Below are positions 48,683 to 59,659 of a stretch of DNA of 64,000 bases, in pieces. The stretch is from a bacterium (GTDB lineage: Bacteria > Vulcanimicrobiota > JABDET01). How positions within the stretch are numbered: the first letter of the stretch is position 1; each line of letters starts with the position of its first letter. The DNA lies in the NCBI GenBank assembly GCA_021800275.1, contig JAJYZB010000013.1:516-64515 (forward strand). The letters run 5' to 3'. The notes under the pieces were generated by a model. That model did not search any database and was not told the DNA's origin. It worked only from the letters and a program-made list of their open reading frames with translations. Made by a program: the position numbers and the translations under genes.

Positions 48683-51058
48683 ATGATAAAACAGCCGCAG
48701 TCTGTAAAAGAACCCCTGTCTGAGAAAGAATTAAATCAAGTCAATGCTTACTGGAGAGCAGCCAACTATCTTTCTGTGGGTCAGATCTATCTGCGTGACA
48801 ATCCTTTATTAAAAGAGCCCTTAAAAAAAGAACATATTAAACCTCGTCTTTTAGGGCACTGGGGCACAACTCCTGGTTTAAATTTTATTTATGCCCATTT
48901 GAACAGAATTATTAAGAAATACGATTTGAATATGATTTATATAACAGGACCAGGACATGGGGGACCAGGATTAGTGGCTAACACTTATCTTGAAGGGACT
49001 TACAGTGAATTTTATCCAAATGTTTCCCAGGATGAAGAGGGGTTAAAAAAACTTTTTACTCAGTTTTCTTATCCTGGAGGGATTCCAAGTCATGTGGCTC
49101 CTGAAACTCCAGGGTCAATTCATGAAGGAGGGGAATTGGGATATTCTTTAGCCCATGCTTATGGCGCTATTTTTGACAATCCTGATTTATGGGCAGCGTG
49201 TGTGGTGGGAGATGGAGAAGCTGAAACAGGTCCACTGGCAGGAAGTTGGCATTCTAATAAGTTTTTAAATCCAGTGAGGGATGGAGTGGTTCTGCCTATT
49301 CTCCATTTGAATGGCTATAAAATTGCAAATCCTGCGGTGTTAGCTAGAATCAGCAGAAAAGAATTGGAAGAACTTTTCCGGGGATATGGCTATTCTCCTT
49401 ATTGGGTTGAAGGACAGGATCCGCTCCACGTTCATCAGGTCATGGCTGAGGTTTTAGATCAAATCGTAGAAAAGATACGAGACATTCAAGCAAGAGCCAG
49501 GAAAGAAGGGGAGACAAAAAGACCTGAATGGCCCATGATCATTTTTAAGACTCCAAAAGGATGGACAGGTCCAAAAATAGTGGATGGGCTTCCTGTTGAA
49601 GGGAGTTTTAGGGCTCACCAAGTTCCTGTTTCAGATTTAGAGAAAAAACCTGAACATTTAAAAATTCTTGAGGAATGGCTTAAAAGTTATCGCCCCCAGG
49701 AGCTGTTTGAGGAATCAGGAAAATTAAAAAAAGAGTTGTCCACCTCAGCCCCTCAAGGAAATTCTAGAATGGGAGCCAATCCTCATGCCAATGGCGGGAT
49801 TCTGCTAAAGGATCTCAGACTGCCGGATTTTACGCAGTATGCAGTTAAAGTAGAAGATCCAGGCAGAGCATCAGCAGAAGGGACCAGAATTTTAGGAAAG
49901 TTTGTCAGGGATATTTTAAAACAAAATCCTGAAAATTTTAGAGTTTTTGGACCGGATGAAACAGCTTCTAATCGTTTAGATGATCTTTTTGAAGTGACCA
50001 ATCGGGTCTGGATGGCTGATCTTGATCCACGGGATCAACATCTTTCTCCTGATGGAAAAGTGATGGAAGTTTTAAGTGAGCATTTAATTGAAGGCTGGCT
50101 TGAGGGGTATCTTTTAACTGGAAGGCATGGGCTTTTTTCCTGCTACGAAGCTTTTATTCATATTGTGGATTCCATGTTTAATCAATATGCAAAATGGTTG
50201 AAAGTCTGCCGTGATATTCCGTGGAGAAGACCTATCTCTTCTTTAAACATTCTTTTAACTTCTCATGTCTGGAGGCAGGATCACAATGGGTTCAGTCATC
50301 AAGATCCAGGATTCATTGACCATGTGGTTAATAAAAAAGCTGACATTATTCGGGTTTATCTTCCTCCTGATGCCAATACTCTTTTATCAGTGGCTGATCA
50401 CTGTTTTAAAAGTCGAAATTATGTGAATGTGATTGTGGCGGGGAAGCAGCCTGAGCTGCAGTGGCTGGATATGCCTGAGGCGATCAGACACTGCACTTCA
50501 GGGTTAGGAATTTGGGAATGGGCTTCTAATGATAAAGACGGGGAGCCGGATCTGGTTATGGCATGCGCTGGAGATGTGCCAACCCTTGAAACTTTAGCAG
50601 CCGTTAAAATTTTAAGAGAACTGGCTCCAGAGTTGAAAGTTAGGGTAATCAATATTGTGGACTTAATGACCCTTCAGCCTCAGAGTGAACACCCTCATGG
50701 GTTGAATGACAAAGATTTTGATGATTTGTTTACGAAAGATAAACCGATCATCTTTGCTTTCCACGGCTACCCCTGGCTGATTCACCGCTTAATATACAGG
50801 AGAACCAATCATAACAATCTGCATGTTCGAGGGTACAAAGAAGAAGGGACCACCACAACTCCTTTTGATATGGTGGTTTTGAATGAGATGGACCGATTTC
50901 ACCTAGTTAGGGATGCTGCAGATCGAGTTCCTGCTTTAAAATCTAAAGCCGCTTATTTAAAACAGTTTGTTCGGGACAAGCTTTTAGAACATAAAGAGTA
51001 TATTAGAGAACATGGGGAAGATAGGCCTGAAATACAAAACTGGAAGTGGGAAGATTAG
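48683..51058 (+). CDS. xfp: Xylulose-5-P/fructose-6-P phosphoketolase
   Basis: [59 protein letters not shown]. Confidence 0.96.
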   Translation: MIKQPQSVKEPLSEKELNQVNAYWRAANYLSVGQIYLRDNPLLKEPLKKEHIKPRLLGHWGTTPGLNFIYAHLNRIIKKYDLNMIYITGPGHGGPGLVANTYLEGTYSEFYPNVSQDEEGLKKLFTQFSYPGGIPSHVAPETPGSIHEGGELGYSLAHAYGAIFDNPDLWAACVVGDGEAETGPLAGSWHSNKFLNPVRDGVVLPILHLNGYKIANPAVLARISRKELEELFRGYGYSPYWVEGQDPLHVHQVMAEVLDQIVEKIRDIQARARKEGETKRPEWPMIIFKTPKGWTGPKIVDGLPVEGSFRAHQVPVSDLEKKPEHLKILEEWLKSYRPQELFEESGKLKKELSTSAPQGNSRMGANPHANGGILLKDLRLPDFTQYAVKVEDPGRASAEGTRILGKFVRDILKQNPENFRVFGPDETASNRLDDLFEVTNRVWMADLDPRDQHLSPDGKVMEVLSEHLIEGWLEGYLLTGRHGLFSCYEAFIHIVDSMFNQYAKWLKVCRDIPWRRPISSLNILLTSHVWRQDHNGFSHQDPGFIDHVVNKKADIIRVYLPPDANTLLSVADHCFKSRNYVNVIVAGKQPELQWLDMPEAIRHCTSGLGIWEWASNDKDGEPDLVMACAGDVPTLETLAAVKILRELAPELKVRVINIVDLMTLQPQSEHPHGLNDKDFDDLFTKDKPIIFAFHGYPWLIHRLIYRRTNHNNLHVRGYKEEGTTTTPFDMVVLNEMDRFHLVRDAADRVPALKSKAAYLKQFVRDKLLEHKEYIREHGEDRPEIQNWKWED

Positions 51059-51067
51059 GTTGAGAGG

Positions 51068-52210
51068 ATGAGAAAAGTCAGGATAGGATTTTTAATTTTA
51101 ATTGGTCTTGCTGCATTCGTTTACATTGTTTTTTATCTGTTTAAAGTTTTTTTTAAACCTCATTCTAAAGCCCTTGTTGTTTATGGAAATATTGAAGCCA
51201 CAACCGTTAATTTAAGTTTTCAGATTCCAGGGTTGATGATTAAGAGATTAGCCAGGCAGGGAGAATTTATTCGAAAAAGGGAAGTAGTTGCCCTTTTAGA
51301 TACAAGTTTATTCAAAAAGCAGATAGCAGAACAAAAAGCCGATGTGCGAGCTGCAAAATGGGCTTTAAAAGAGCTTCTGCGCGGATCGCGGACTGAAGAT
51401 ATTGCTCAGGCAAAAGCTCTGGAACAGCAGAAAAGGTTTGCCCTTAAAGAATTACTGCGAGGTTCCCGTACTGAGGATATTGCTCGAGCAAGAGAAGCTG
51501 CAGTTCAGGCAAAAGTTTCCATGTTAAGAGCTGAAAGTGAGTATCACCGAGAAAAACAGCTGTATCTTCAGGGATTTATTTCGGCTCAGGATGAGATTAA
51601 TGAAAGAGCTTCTTATAGAACAGCTCTCATGGATTATAGACAAGCAGAGGAGTATTATAAAGAGGTTTTGAAAGGGCCTCGAATTGAAGATATTCAGCAG
51701 GCTGAACAAGCGCTGAAACAGGCAGAAGAAAATTATAAAGAAGTTTTAAAAGGTCCAAGGATTGAGGTGATTCAGCAAGCCAGAGCTAATTTGAAAGCAG
51801 CAGAAGCCCTTTTAGCTCAATCTGAAATTAATCTGGGATATGCGACTCTGCGGTCCCCGCTGTCAGGGATCGTTTTAAGCAGAGATTCTGAAGCAGGAGA
51901 ATATCTTTATGCAGGAACACCGGTTGTTACTGCAGCGAATTTAAGTCAAGTCTGGCTCAGGGGATATGTAGATGAAGCAGATTTGGGGAAAATTAAATAT
52001 CATGAACCTGCAGAAGTGATGACAGACACATACCCTGGAAAAGTATTTAAGGGATGGGTGGCTTTCATTTCTTCAGAAGCTGAATTCACGCCTAAGACTG
52101 TCCAGACCAGAAGAGAAAGAACAACTCTGGTTTATCGTGTTAGAATTGACGTGAATAATCCTGGATTTGTTTTAAAACCTGGAATGCCTGCAGAAGCGAA
52201 GCTCTATTAA
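51068..52210 (+). CDS. HlyD-family adaptor of ABC exporter (YbhG-like)
   Basis: N-terminal TM, YGNIEA, long hairpin with internal repeats, AEFTPKTVQT..LVYRV..LKPGMP. Confidence 0.9.
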   Translation: MRKVRIGFLILIGLAAFVYIVFYLFKVFFKPHSKALVVYGNIEATTVNLSFQIPGLMIKRLARQGEFIRKREVVALLDTSLFKKQIAEQKADVRAAKWALKELLRGSRTEDIAQAKALEQQKRFALKELLRGSRTEDIARAREAAVQAKVSMLRAESEYHREKQLYLQGFISAQDEINERASYRTALMDYRQAEEYYKEVLKGPRIEDIQQAEQALKQAEENYKEVLKGPRIEVIQQARANLKAAEALLAQSEINLGYATLRSPLSGIVLSRDSEAGEYLYAGTPVVTAANLSQVWLRGYVDEADLGKIKYHEPAEVMTDTYPGKVFKGWVAFISSEAEFTPKTVQTRRERTTLVYRVRIDVNNPGFVLKPGMPAEAKLY

Positions 52211-53133
52211 TGGATGCAATTTCTGTTTCTTCTGTTTCTAAATCTTTTGGAACGATTCAGGCTGTGAAAGAATTGTCATTTTCAGTTCCATCTGGAGAGA
52301 TTTTTGGACTGGTAGGTCCTGATGGTTCTGGAAAAACAACAACCATGCGCATGCTGACAGGGATTATGCTTTCTGACTCAGGAACAATCAGAGTGCTGGG
52401 AAAAGAGATTGGGCTTCACTCAAAAAGCGCTAAAGATGAAATCGGTTATATGAGTCAGAGATTTGGTCTTTATCCTGATCTCACGGTTATGGAGAATCTT
52501 CGTTTTTTTGCGGATCTTTACGGAGTTTCTCGAAAAGAAAGAGAGTCCTCATCTGAAAGACTTTTAGAATTCAGCAGACTGTCTCTTTTTAAACATCGTC
52601 CGGCAGGGAAACTTTCGGGAGGAATGAAGCAGAAACTCGGGTTGATGTGCGCTTTAATTCATACCCCAAAAGTTTTATTTTTAGATGAACCAACGTTTGG
52701 CGTGGATCCAGTGTCTCGATACGATTTCTGGCTGATCCTTTATCAGCTTTTAAAAGAGCATGTTACTATTTTCGTTTCTACCGCTTATTTGGATGAAGCT
52801 GAACGATGTGGACGTGTTGGATTCATGCATAAAGGAAGTTTATTAAGAGCTGATTCGCCGGAGAATTTAAAAGCAGGGTTGACCGAAAAAATTTTAGAGT
52901 TGGAATTAAAAGAAAACAGGCGCGCTGCTGCTGTTCTCCAAAATGAGTTTGGGTCTCGTTCTGTCAGCGTCTATGGAGGGAGAATTCATATTGCAGTCAA
53001 AGATTACGAAAAAACTTCGGAGACAGCTTTAAACCTCCTTAAGGCGCAGAACATAAAGGTGGACGCAGTGAGACAAGTGCCTCCCAGTCTTGAAGATGTG
53101 TTTGTCGCCACCCTTTTATCAGCTCGGAATTAA
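52210..53133 (+). CDS. ABC transporter ATP-binding protein
   Basis: GPDGSGKTT, LSGGMKQK, LDEPT. Confidence 0.93.
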   Translation: MDAISVSSVSKSFGTIQAVKELSFSVPSGEIFGLVGPDGSGKTTTMRMLTGIMLSDSGTIRVLGKEIGLHSKSAKDEIGYMSQRFGLYPDLTVMENLRFFADLYGVSRKERESSSERLLEFSRLSLFKHRPAGKLSGGMKQKLGLMCALIHTPKVLFLDEPTFGVDPVSRYDFWLILYQLLKEHVTIFVSTAYLDEAERCGRVGFMHKGSLLRADSPENLKAGLTEKILELELKENRRAAAVLQNEFGSRSVSVYGGRIHIAVKDYEKTSETALNLLKAQNIKVDAVRQVPPSLEDVFVATLLSARN

Positions 53134-53134
53134 A

Positions 53135-53908
53135 ATGGATGATTACAGTGTGGTGGTCACAAATTTAACGAAGCGGTTTGGCAGCTTCACAGCTGTGGAT
53201 CATTTAAATTTAAAGGTTGTGAAAGGGGAAATTTTTGGGTTTTTAGGACCGAATGGATCAGGCAAATCCACAACCATTCGGATGCTGTGTGGAATTTTGA
53301 ACCCAACAGAAGGAACAGCCATTGTCGCAGGGCTGGATTTAGCGACCATGGCTGAAAGGATTAAATCCAACATTGGTTACATGAGCCAGAAATTTTCTCT
53401 TTATGAGGATTTAACAGTTGAACAAAATTTAAATTTCTGGGCAGGGATTTATAAAGTTGATCCTCAGTTAAAAGAGAAACGGAAAAACTGGGTGATTCAA
53501 ATGGCGAATTTAGAAGAGCAGAGAGAACGAATTACAGGAACTCTGCCTGTTGGATGGAAGCAGAGATTAGCTTTTGGATGTTCTATTTTGCATGAACCCC
53601 CTGTTCTTTTTTTAGATGAGCCCACATCAGGAGTGGATCCTCTTTCTCGAAGAGATTTCTGGAATTTAATTCAGGAGCTGGCAGCAAAAGGGATGACAAT
53701 TTTTGTGACGACTCATTATATGGATGAAGCGGAGTACTGCGATCGTCTTGGGTTGATTTATATGGGGAAGCTGATTGCTTTAGGCTCTCCTGAAGAATTG
53801 AAAACAAACTATTTTAAAAAAGAATTCCTTGAAAATAAAGAAATTACGCGCCCTTCTTTAGAGGATGTATTTGTTTCTTTAATTCGAGAAATGAGGGGGG
53901 ATTCTTGA
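53135..53908 (+). CDS. ABC transporter ATP-binding protein
   Basis: GPNGSGKST, LPVGWKQR, LDEPTSGVDP, TTHYMDEAE; ATG 53135 lies 1 nt after the previous stop. Confidence 0.92.
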   Translation: MDDYSVVVTNLTKRFGSFTAVDHLNLKVVKGEIFGFLGPNGSGKSTTIRMLCGILNPTEGTAIVAGLDLATMAERIKSNIGYMSQKFSLYEDLTVEQNLNFWAGIYKVDPQLKEKRKNWVIQMANLEEQRERITGTLPVGWKQRLAFGCSILHEPPVLFLDEPTSGVDPLSRRDFWNLIQELAAKGMTIFVTTHYMDEAEYCDRLGLIYMGKLIALGSPEELKTNYFKKEFLENKEITRPSLEDVFVSLIREMRGDS

Positions 53909-55038
53909 AGTTCGGGAGACTTGCAGCAGTAGCGCGAAAAGAATTTCTGCATCTTCTGAGGGATTGGAGAAGTCTTGTGACAGGAATCGGGATTCCGCTT
54001 TTTATGCTTTTTATGTTTGGATTTGCTCTTTCATTAGATGTTGATCATGTTTCAACAGTGGTCTGGGATCAAAGCATGACCCATCAGAGCAGAGATTTAA
54101 TCAGCCGTTTTGCTGGTTCCCGTTATTTTTCACTGATTGGATTTGTAAATAATTATAAGGCGTTGAAACAGGATATTGATAAAAGAAAAGTGATGATGGG
54201 ACTGGTCATTCCAATAGGATTTGCCGAAAAAGTAGAGTCCGGGCAAAAGGCAAGGGTGCAGGTTATTTTAGATGGGAGTGATGCAAATACAGCCAGTATT
54301 ATTTTAGGATATGCAAATGCCATTGTTCAGGGGTATTCAGCAAAAGTTCAGCTGAAGTATTTAAATCGTTATGGGGAACAGCCTGCTGTTGGACAGGCTG
54401 AATTAGATCCTGTTATCTGGTTTAATTCGAACCTGGAATCCAAGTATTTTTTAGTGCCCGGGTTAATTGTATTGATCATGATGGTCATAGGAACTCTTTT
54501 AACTTCATTAACCATTGCGAAAGAGTGGGAAAATGGGACAATAGAGCAGCTTCTTTCATCCCCTGTTACTCCTTTTGAAGTGGTGGTGGGAAAATTTATC
54601 CCTTATTTCTGTTTAGGGATGTTTGATATGATCATCTGTTTAGCAGTCGGTGTTTTTGTTTTTCATATTGCTTTTCGCGGCAGCCTTCTTTTATTTTTTC
54701 TCCTGTCCGGACTTTATTTAAGCGGAACCCTTGGGACAGGGATGTTAATCAGTATCCTGACCAGAAAACAGTTGAATGCCAATCAAGTGGCAATGATGGT
54801 CTCATTTCTTCCTTCTTTTCTTTTGTCAGGTTTTGTTTTTCCTGTTTCCAACATGCCGAAAATTCTCCAAGCCATTACTTATCTGGTTCCTGCCCGCTAC
54901 TTCATTATTGTGGTTCGAGGGGTTTATTTAAAAGGTGTTGGCATCCGATCACTCTGGCTTCAGTCTTTATTTTTACTTCTTTTTGCGGGAATCACTTTTG
55001 CCGCTTCTCTTCACTTTTATAAAAGGAGACTCGAATGA
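53905..55038 (+). CDS. ABC-2 exporter permease (YbhS-like)
   Basis: KEFLHLLRD, ILDGSD, KEWENGTIEQL, LSGFVFP. Confidence 0.92.
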   Translation: MKFGRLAAVARKEFLHLLRDWRSLVTGIGIPLFMLFMFGFALSLDVDHVSTVVWDQSMTHQSRDLISRFAGSRYFSLIGFVNNYKALKQDIDKRKVMMGLVIPIGFAEKVESGQKARVQVILDGSDANTASIILGYANAIVQGYSAKVQLKYLNRYGEQPAVGQAELDPVIWFNSNLESKYFLVPGLIVLIMMVIGTLLTSLTIAKEWENGTIEQLLSSPVTPFEVVVGKFIPYFCLGMFDMIICLAVGVFVFHIAFRGSLLLFFLLSGLYLSGTLGTGMLISILTRKQLNANQVAMMVSFLPSFLLSGFVFPVSNMPKILQAITYLVPARYFIIVVRGVYLKGVGIRSLWLQSLFLLLFAGITFAASLHFYKRRLE

Positions 55039-56171
55039 AACGGTTTGGACCTTTAAAAGAAGTCGCAGTTAAAGAATTTATTCAGATTTTTCGAGATCCT
55101 GCCTCCATTCGAATGCTTTTTTTAATGCCTTTTCTGCAAATTTTACTTTTTGGATATGTCGTGAATTTGAATGTCAATCATATCCCCCTTGCCGTATTTG
55201 ATTTGGATAACAGCAGGCAGAGCAGAGCTCTAATCTCCCGATTTTTGGACTCCAAATATTTTGATGCTGCTGCTTATGTTAAGACAAACCATCAGGTTGT
55301 CCGATTAATTAATCAGTTTAAAGTAAAAGGAGTGCTGAAATTTGATCATGGATTTGGAGGAGATATTGTCGGAAGACAAACAGCTCCTGTGCAGTTGATT
55401 TTAGATGGGACCATTTCAAATTCTACCGGGATTACCTTGAATTATGCGACTCAAATTGTTCAGGAATACAATGATTCACTTCAAAAAAGAGAAGAGTGGG
55501 AATTTCCTTCCAAAATTCCTCCCCCTGGTGGAGTGATAATGGATCCAGTGGCATGGTTTAATCCAAACCTTAAAACGCGTTACTATTATCTCCCTGCTCT
55601 TGTGGGTTTAATTGTCATGACTTCAACTGTTACTCTTGCCAGCATGGCTGTTGTTAGAGAAAAAGAGATAGGTACTATTGAGCAAATTTTGGTGACTCCA
55701 ATTTCTAAGCTCCAGTTTATTCTTGGGAAAACAATCCCTTTTGCTCTGATCGGGCTTTTCAGCGCAGCAGTTACCACAGCTGTCTCGGTTTTCTGGTTTC
55801 ATGTTTCAATACAGGGGAGTGTTCTTCTTTTATTTTTTGGCACTGTGCTTTTTATTCTCTGTACTCTTGGAGCAGGACTTTTGATTTCAACCATCAGTCA
55901 GACGCAGCAGCAGGCAATGCTGATCTCGTTTTTATTTCAGAATCCATTTATGCAGTTTTCCGGGTTTATTTTTCCAATCTCTAATATGCCTAAAATTGTG
56001 CAGTGGTTTTCGTACCTGAATCCGCTCCGCTATTATTTGTACATTCTTCGCGGCGTTTTTTTAAAAGGGATTGGAATCAGTATTTTATGGGGGCAATTTT
56101 TAGGATTAACGATTTTAGCTTTTGCAATTCTGGGACTTGCTGTCATGAGATTTCAAAAAACGGTTGGATAA
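55035..56171 (+). CDS. ABC-2 exporter permease (YbhR-like)
   Basis: KEFIQIFRD, REKEIGTIEQ, QTQQQAM, NPLRYY. Confidence 0.92.
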   Translation: MKRFGPLKEVAVKEFIQIFRDPASIRMLFLMPFLQILLFGYVVNLNVNHIPLAVFDLDNSRQSRALISRFLDSKYFDAAAYVKTNHQVVRLINQFKVKGVLKFDHGFGGDIVGRQTAPVQLILDGTISNSTGITLNYATQIVQEYNDSLQKREEWEFPSKIPPPGGVIMDPVAWFNPNLKTRYYYLPALVGLIVMTSTVTLASMAVVREKEIGTIEQILVTPISKLQFILGKTIPFALIGLFSAAVTTAVSVFWFHVSIQGSVLLLFFGTVLFILCTLGAGLLISTISQTQQQAMLISFLFQNPFMQFSGFIFPISNMPKIVQWFSYLNPLRYYLYILRGVFLKGIGISILWGQFLGLTILAFAILGLAVMRFQKTVG

Positions 56172-56255
56172 TAGGAGGGAGCCTCTTTGTCTGCGTACGA
56201 GGCATAGGATAATTAAGAAGGAATTAAGAATCAGATTTGGAAAAAATTTGAATAC

Positions 56256-56945
56256 ATGAGAAGACAGATCCCCATGCTCATTGTTTTCCTTTCTGGCATG
56301 GTGATGATCCTGGCTTATTTTTTTCCTGAAATTCCTTTTATTCGAGGGGTTATTCCCATTTTTTTAAATTGGGGAAGAATTGCATTAACCTGCGGCATGA
56401 TTTTAGGAATTATAAATCTGCTTCACAGCAATTTTAAGAAAGTGGCGTTGAAGTCCCCTGGATGGATCTACAGCTTTATTCTGCTGATCAGTTTTGCAGC
56501 AACGTTCTATTATGCGATTCCTTATCATGTCGTTTTTGAAGCAGGACGCTGGATCTCAATCAAAGGAACGGATGTTGGAACAACAGGATTTAAGATTTTC
56601 ACTTATGTTTATACTCCGCTATCTGCGACTATGTTTGCTCTGATCGCTTTTTACATTGCTTCTGCAGCTTTCAGAGCCTTTCGAGCTAAAAATATAGAGG
56701 CATCTCTCTTGATTCTTTCGGCTGTTGTTGTGATGCTGGGTTCTATTCCTTTTGTTCCTCCTGTTTTTTTCTGGCTCTCTAATGAAATTCAGGAGTATCC
56801 GATGACTGCTGCAATGAGAGGTATTTTGTTCGGGGTAGCCGTTGGAGTCGTGTCTTTCAGTGTTAAGATTTTAATAGGAATTGATCGATCTTATTTTGGC
56901 GGAGAGATAGAGGAGGACCATGGAAGCTCTTCTGAACCATCTTAA
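56256..56945 (+). CDS. Uncharacterised polytopic membrane protein
   Basis: ~6 hydrophobic segments; ATMFALIAFYIASAAFRAFR motif; ends GIDRSYFGG. Confidence 0.75.
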   Translation: MRRQIPMLIVFLSGMVMILAYFFPEIPFIRGVIPIFLNWGRIALTCGMILGIINLLHSNFKKVALKSPGWIYSFILLISFAATFYYAIPYHVVFEAGRWISIKGTDVGTTGFKIFTYVYTPLSATMFALIAFYIASAAFRAFRAKNIEASLLILSAVVVMLGSIPFVPPVFFWLSNEIQEYPMTAAMRGILFGVAVGVVSFSVKILIGIDRSYFGGEIEEDHGSSSEPS

Positions 56946-57771
56946 AAGCATTGATCGAAGGATAATTTTTTTGATTCTTTTTGTTTTAATTGTTTTTAGT
57001 TTTCTTTTCCCTCAAAAATTGAAAGTTCCAATTGAACCTTCTGTAAAAAAAGCTTATCAGACTTTAAAGGCTTTAAAACCAGGGGATCTGGTTCTGATTT
57101 CTTTTGATTATGGGCCAGCCACAATGCCTGAAATTCATCCTGCTGCTGTGGCAATGATGCGTCAGTTATTTCATGAGCATGTTAAAATTGCGATGATGAC
57201 TTTGTGGAATGAAGGGCTGCCCATGATCCAGGATGCCATTCGAGAAGTGTGTGTCCCTTTAAAAGAAAAGCCAAATGTGGATTATGTGAATTTTGGTTTT
57301 AAATATGGGGGATTAACAGGAGCCAGCGTGATCACAGAGTTAGGGAAAAATATGAAAAATGTATTTCCTGTTACCAATGATGGGGTTTCTTATAATAAAG
57401 TTCCTTTGTTAAAAGGGATTAGAAATTTAAAAAAATTTAAACTCTTGATCTCTTTATCAGCGGGTTATCCAGGGACCGTTGAATATATTCAGTATGAGGA
57501 AGGAGTTTATCATGTCCCTATTGTTGCCGCTGTTTCAAAAGTGATGGCTCCTTCTATCTTCCCTTTTTTGCAGTCAGGGCAGTTAAAAGGGCTTTGTTCT
57601 GGGCTGCTGGGAGCTGCCGAATATGAAGAACTGGTTCATCATCCAGGATTTGGACTGACCGGTTTGTTTGCTCTGTCTGTTTCTCAAATGGTGATTCTTT
57701 TTTTTATTCTGCTTGGGAACGTCATTTATTTTGGAGAAAAGTTTTATGAAAAGAGGAATCTTGAAAAGTGA
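56920..57771 (+). CDS. Uncharacterised membrane protein with extracytoplasmic alpha/beta domain
   Basis: N- and C-terminal TMs flanking SFDYGP..EIHP, DYVNFGF..GG, PFLQSGQL.GL..GLLGAAEYE; RBS GAGGAGG. Confidence 0.75.
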   Translation: MEALLNHLKSIDRRIIFLILFVLIVFSFLFPQKLKVPIEPSVKKAYQTLKALKPGDLVLISFDYGPATMPEIHPAAVAMMRQLFHEHVKIAMMTLWNEGLPMIQDAIREVCVPLKEKPNVDYVNFGFKYGGLTGASVITELGKNMKNVFPVTNDGVSYNKVPLLKGIRNLKKFKLLISLSAGYPGTVEYIQYEEGVYHVPIVAAVSKVMAPSIFPFLQSGQLKGLCSGLLGAAEYEELVHHPGFGLTGLFALSVSQMVILFFILLGNVIYFGEKFYEKRNLEK

Positions 57772-58412
57772 GCCACAATCCATGGATTTGGGTTTCTGCT
57801 CTTTTGACTCTGGCCGTTTTTACTTTTCTCATAAAAGATAATGTTTTTTACAGGACTGCAGAACATATTTTTGTTGGAGTTTCTGCTGCCTGGCTGTTTG
57901 CCACTTATTTTCAATCTGATATTATTGAGGATATGCTCTTAAAAGCTTTTCCGGGGTGGTTTCATCAACCCGGAGCCCCGAATTATTTGGTATTAGGGGG
58001 AGGGGTCATCGGACTTTTAATTCTTCTCCGTTTAGTTCCAGGAATTAACTGGATTTCGAGATGGGGGGTCGCTTTTGTGGTTGGATTTCAGACAGGACTG
58101 CAGCTCTATACAGCCATTAAAGCATGGATTTTAGCGCAGTTAAAAGCCACACTCCTTTCTTTTTATGTGGCGGGACATATTCGTGAGACTATTAAAAATT
58201 GGATTCTAGTCAGCGGCACGTTCAGCAGTTTGTCTTATTTTTATTTTTCTAAAGAACAGAAAGGATGGTTTGGCGGATTAACCCGAGTTGGGATCTGGTT
58301 TTTAATGATTGGATTTGGAGCTTCTTATGGAGCAACTGTTATGACTCGCATCAGTATTTTGCTGGGAAGGATTTATTTTTTGCTTTCGACCTGGTTAGGA
58401 GTGGTGCATTGA
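57768..58412 (+). CDS. Uncharacterised polytopic membrane protein
   Basis: LTLAVFTFLIKDN..YRTAEHIFVG, SYFYFS, GIWFLMIGFGASYG.TVMTR; overlaps its neighbours by 4 nt. Confidence 0.75.
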   Translation: MSHNPWIWVSALLTLAVFTFLIKDNVFYRTAEHIFVGVSAAWLFATYFQSDIIEDMLLKAFPGWFHQPGAPNYLVLGGGVIGLLILLRLVPGINWISRWGVAFVVGFQTGLQLYTAIKAWILAQLKATLLSFYVAGHIRETIKNWILVSGTFSSLSYFYFSKEQKGWFGGLTRVGIWFLMIGFGASYGATVMTRISILLGRIYFLLSTWLGVVH

Positions 58413-58732
58413 AAAATCAGGAGCCCAGATCTTTTTGGGAGAGGACTAAAAGAGAGATCCAGAATGGGTTTTCTCTGCCTGAAAAAACGAAACCCGAAGA
58501 GGAAAAGTTTATTTCTGAAATTGTTTCTCGAGCTGAAAAGTATGGTTTAAACGTTCCCTTAATGATTTTTTTGGAAGGGCTGACCCCTTTGTATCGAGTC
58601 ACTGCCAGTTTATTGAAAGGACTTGAACCCTTTGCTGATTTTTTTTTCCCTTTGGAGAGCTATCAGAAGTTGATAAATTTTTTGGAAAATCGAGAAAATT
58701 TAGAAAAACTTAAGAATAAACTTGATCCTTGA
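58409..58732 (+). CDS. Small hypothetical protein, fourth gene of the membrane module
   Basis: TTG at 58409 overlaps the upstream TGA and is preceded by AGGAG; PLMIFLEGLTPL..LENRENLE. Confidence 0.65.
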   Translation: MKNQEPRSFWERTKREIQNGFSLPEKTKPEEEKFISEIVSRAEKYGLNVPLMIFLEGLTPLYRVTASLLKGLEPFADFFFPLESYQKLINFLENRENLEKLKNKLDP

Positions 58733-58780
58733 AAATCTTTCAGAGGAACCCAAAGCCCAGAATTGAATTAAATTTCTGTT

Positions 58781-59659
58781 ATGGTGATAGAAAAGCCTAA
58801 AATAAAAGATTATTTTGAAATGATTCGGATTCAGGAGTCCCTATTGGCTCTTCCTTTTGCTTATATGGCTGCTTTATTAGCAGCAAATGGCAAGATCATC
58901 CTTTGGAGTTTCTTCTGGATTACGGCTGCATTTTTATCAGGTAGAACGATTGGGATGAGTTTAAATCGTTTGATTGACAAGAATCTGGATGCTTTGAATC
59001 CTAGAACTTCGGGAAGAGCTCTTGTGATTGGAAGCATAAAGCCGATAGAGGTTTGGAGCTTGATCGGGATATCTTTGTTAATTTTTGTCCTTTCCTGTTT
59101 CTTTTTAAATCCGCTCTGCTTATATCTTTCTCCTCTGGCTGTTTTTATTTTGTGGGGACATACGTATTTAAAAAGATTTACCTGGCTCTGCAGCGCAGGG
59201 GTTGGGCTTGTTTTAGCCATGGCTCCTGTTGGAGCCTGGATTGCTGTTACTGGTTCTATAGGATTCATTCCTCTACTGCTGGGTGGAGCTGTTTTGTTTT
59301 GGGTGACAGGTATTGACATTTTTCATCGTTCAAAAGATTATAATTTTTATAAGCAGGTAGGGCTTTATTCCATTCCGCGGAAATTTGGGATTGAAAAGGC
59401 TTTGTGGATCAGCGTGTTTTTGCATATCGCGACCATTCTTCTTCTTGCTCTTGTGGGCATTTTTGCGCACCTGGGTCTGTTTTATGGACTCGGCCTTCTG
59501 TTAGTGTCCCTGCTTTTAATTTATGAACATGCCCTTGTTTGTGCATCGGATTTCTCTGGTTTTGATCAAAACACCTGGTTTAAAATCAATGCTTTGATCA
59601 GTATTCTTGTATTTATTTTTACTGCCGCCAGTTTTTTGCCCTGGAAATCGTTTTTATGA
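58781..59659 (+). CDS. UbiA-family aromatic prenyltransferase (MqnP/UbiA-like)
   Basis: MSLNRLIDKNLDALNPRTSGR, YLKRFTW, APVGAWIAV, SIPRKFG. Confidence 0.88.
   Translation: MVIEKPKIKDYFEMIRIQESLLALPFAYMAALLAANGKIILWSFFWITAAFLSGRTIGMSLNRLIDKNLDALNPRTSGRALVIGSIKPIEVWSLIGISLLIFVLSCFFLNPLCLYLSPLAVFILWGHTYLKRFTWLCSAGVGLVLAMAPVGAWIAVTGSIGFIPLLLGGAVLFWVTGIDIFHRSKDYNFYKQVGLYSIPRKFGIEKALWISVFLHIATILLLALVGIFAHLGLFYGLGLLLVSLLLIYEHALVCASDFSGFDQNTWFKINALISILVFIFTAASFLPWKSFL

Noticed and set aside
51360-51790. Internal repeats in the HlyD adaptor (ALKELLRGSRTEDIA x2, YKEVLKGPRIE x2)
   Set aside because: Hairpin-extending repeats are common in YbhG-like adaptors.
58265-58408. N-terminal extension of the 155-aa ORF
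   Set aside because: It overlaps the upstream membrane gene; a coupled TTG start at 58409 with AGGAG is more plausible.
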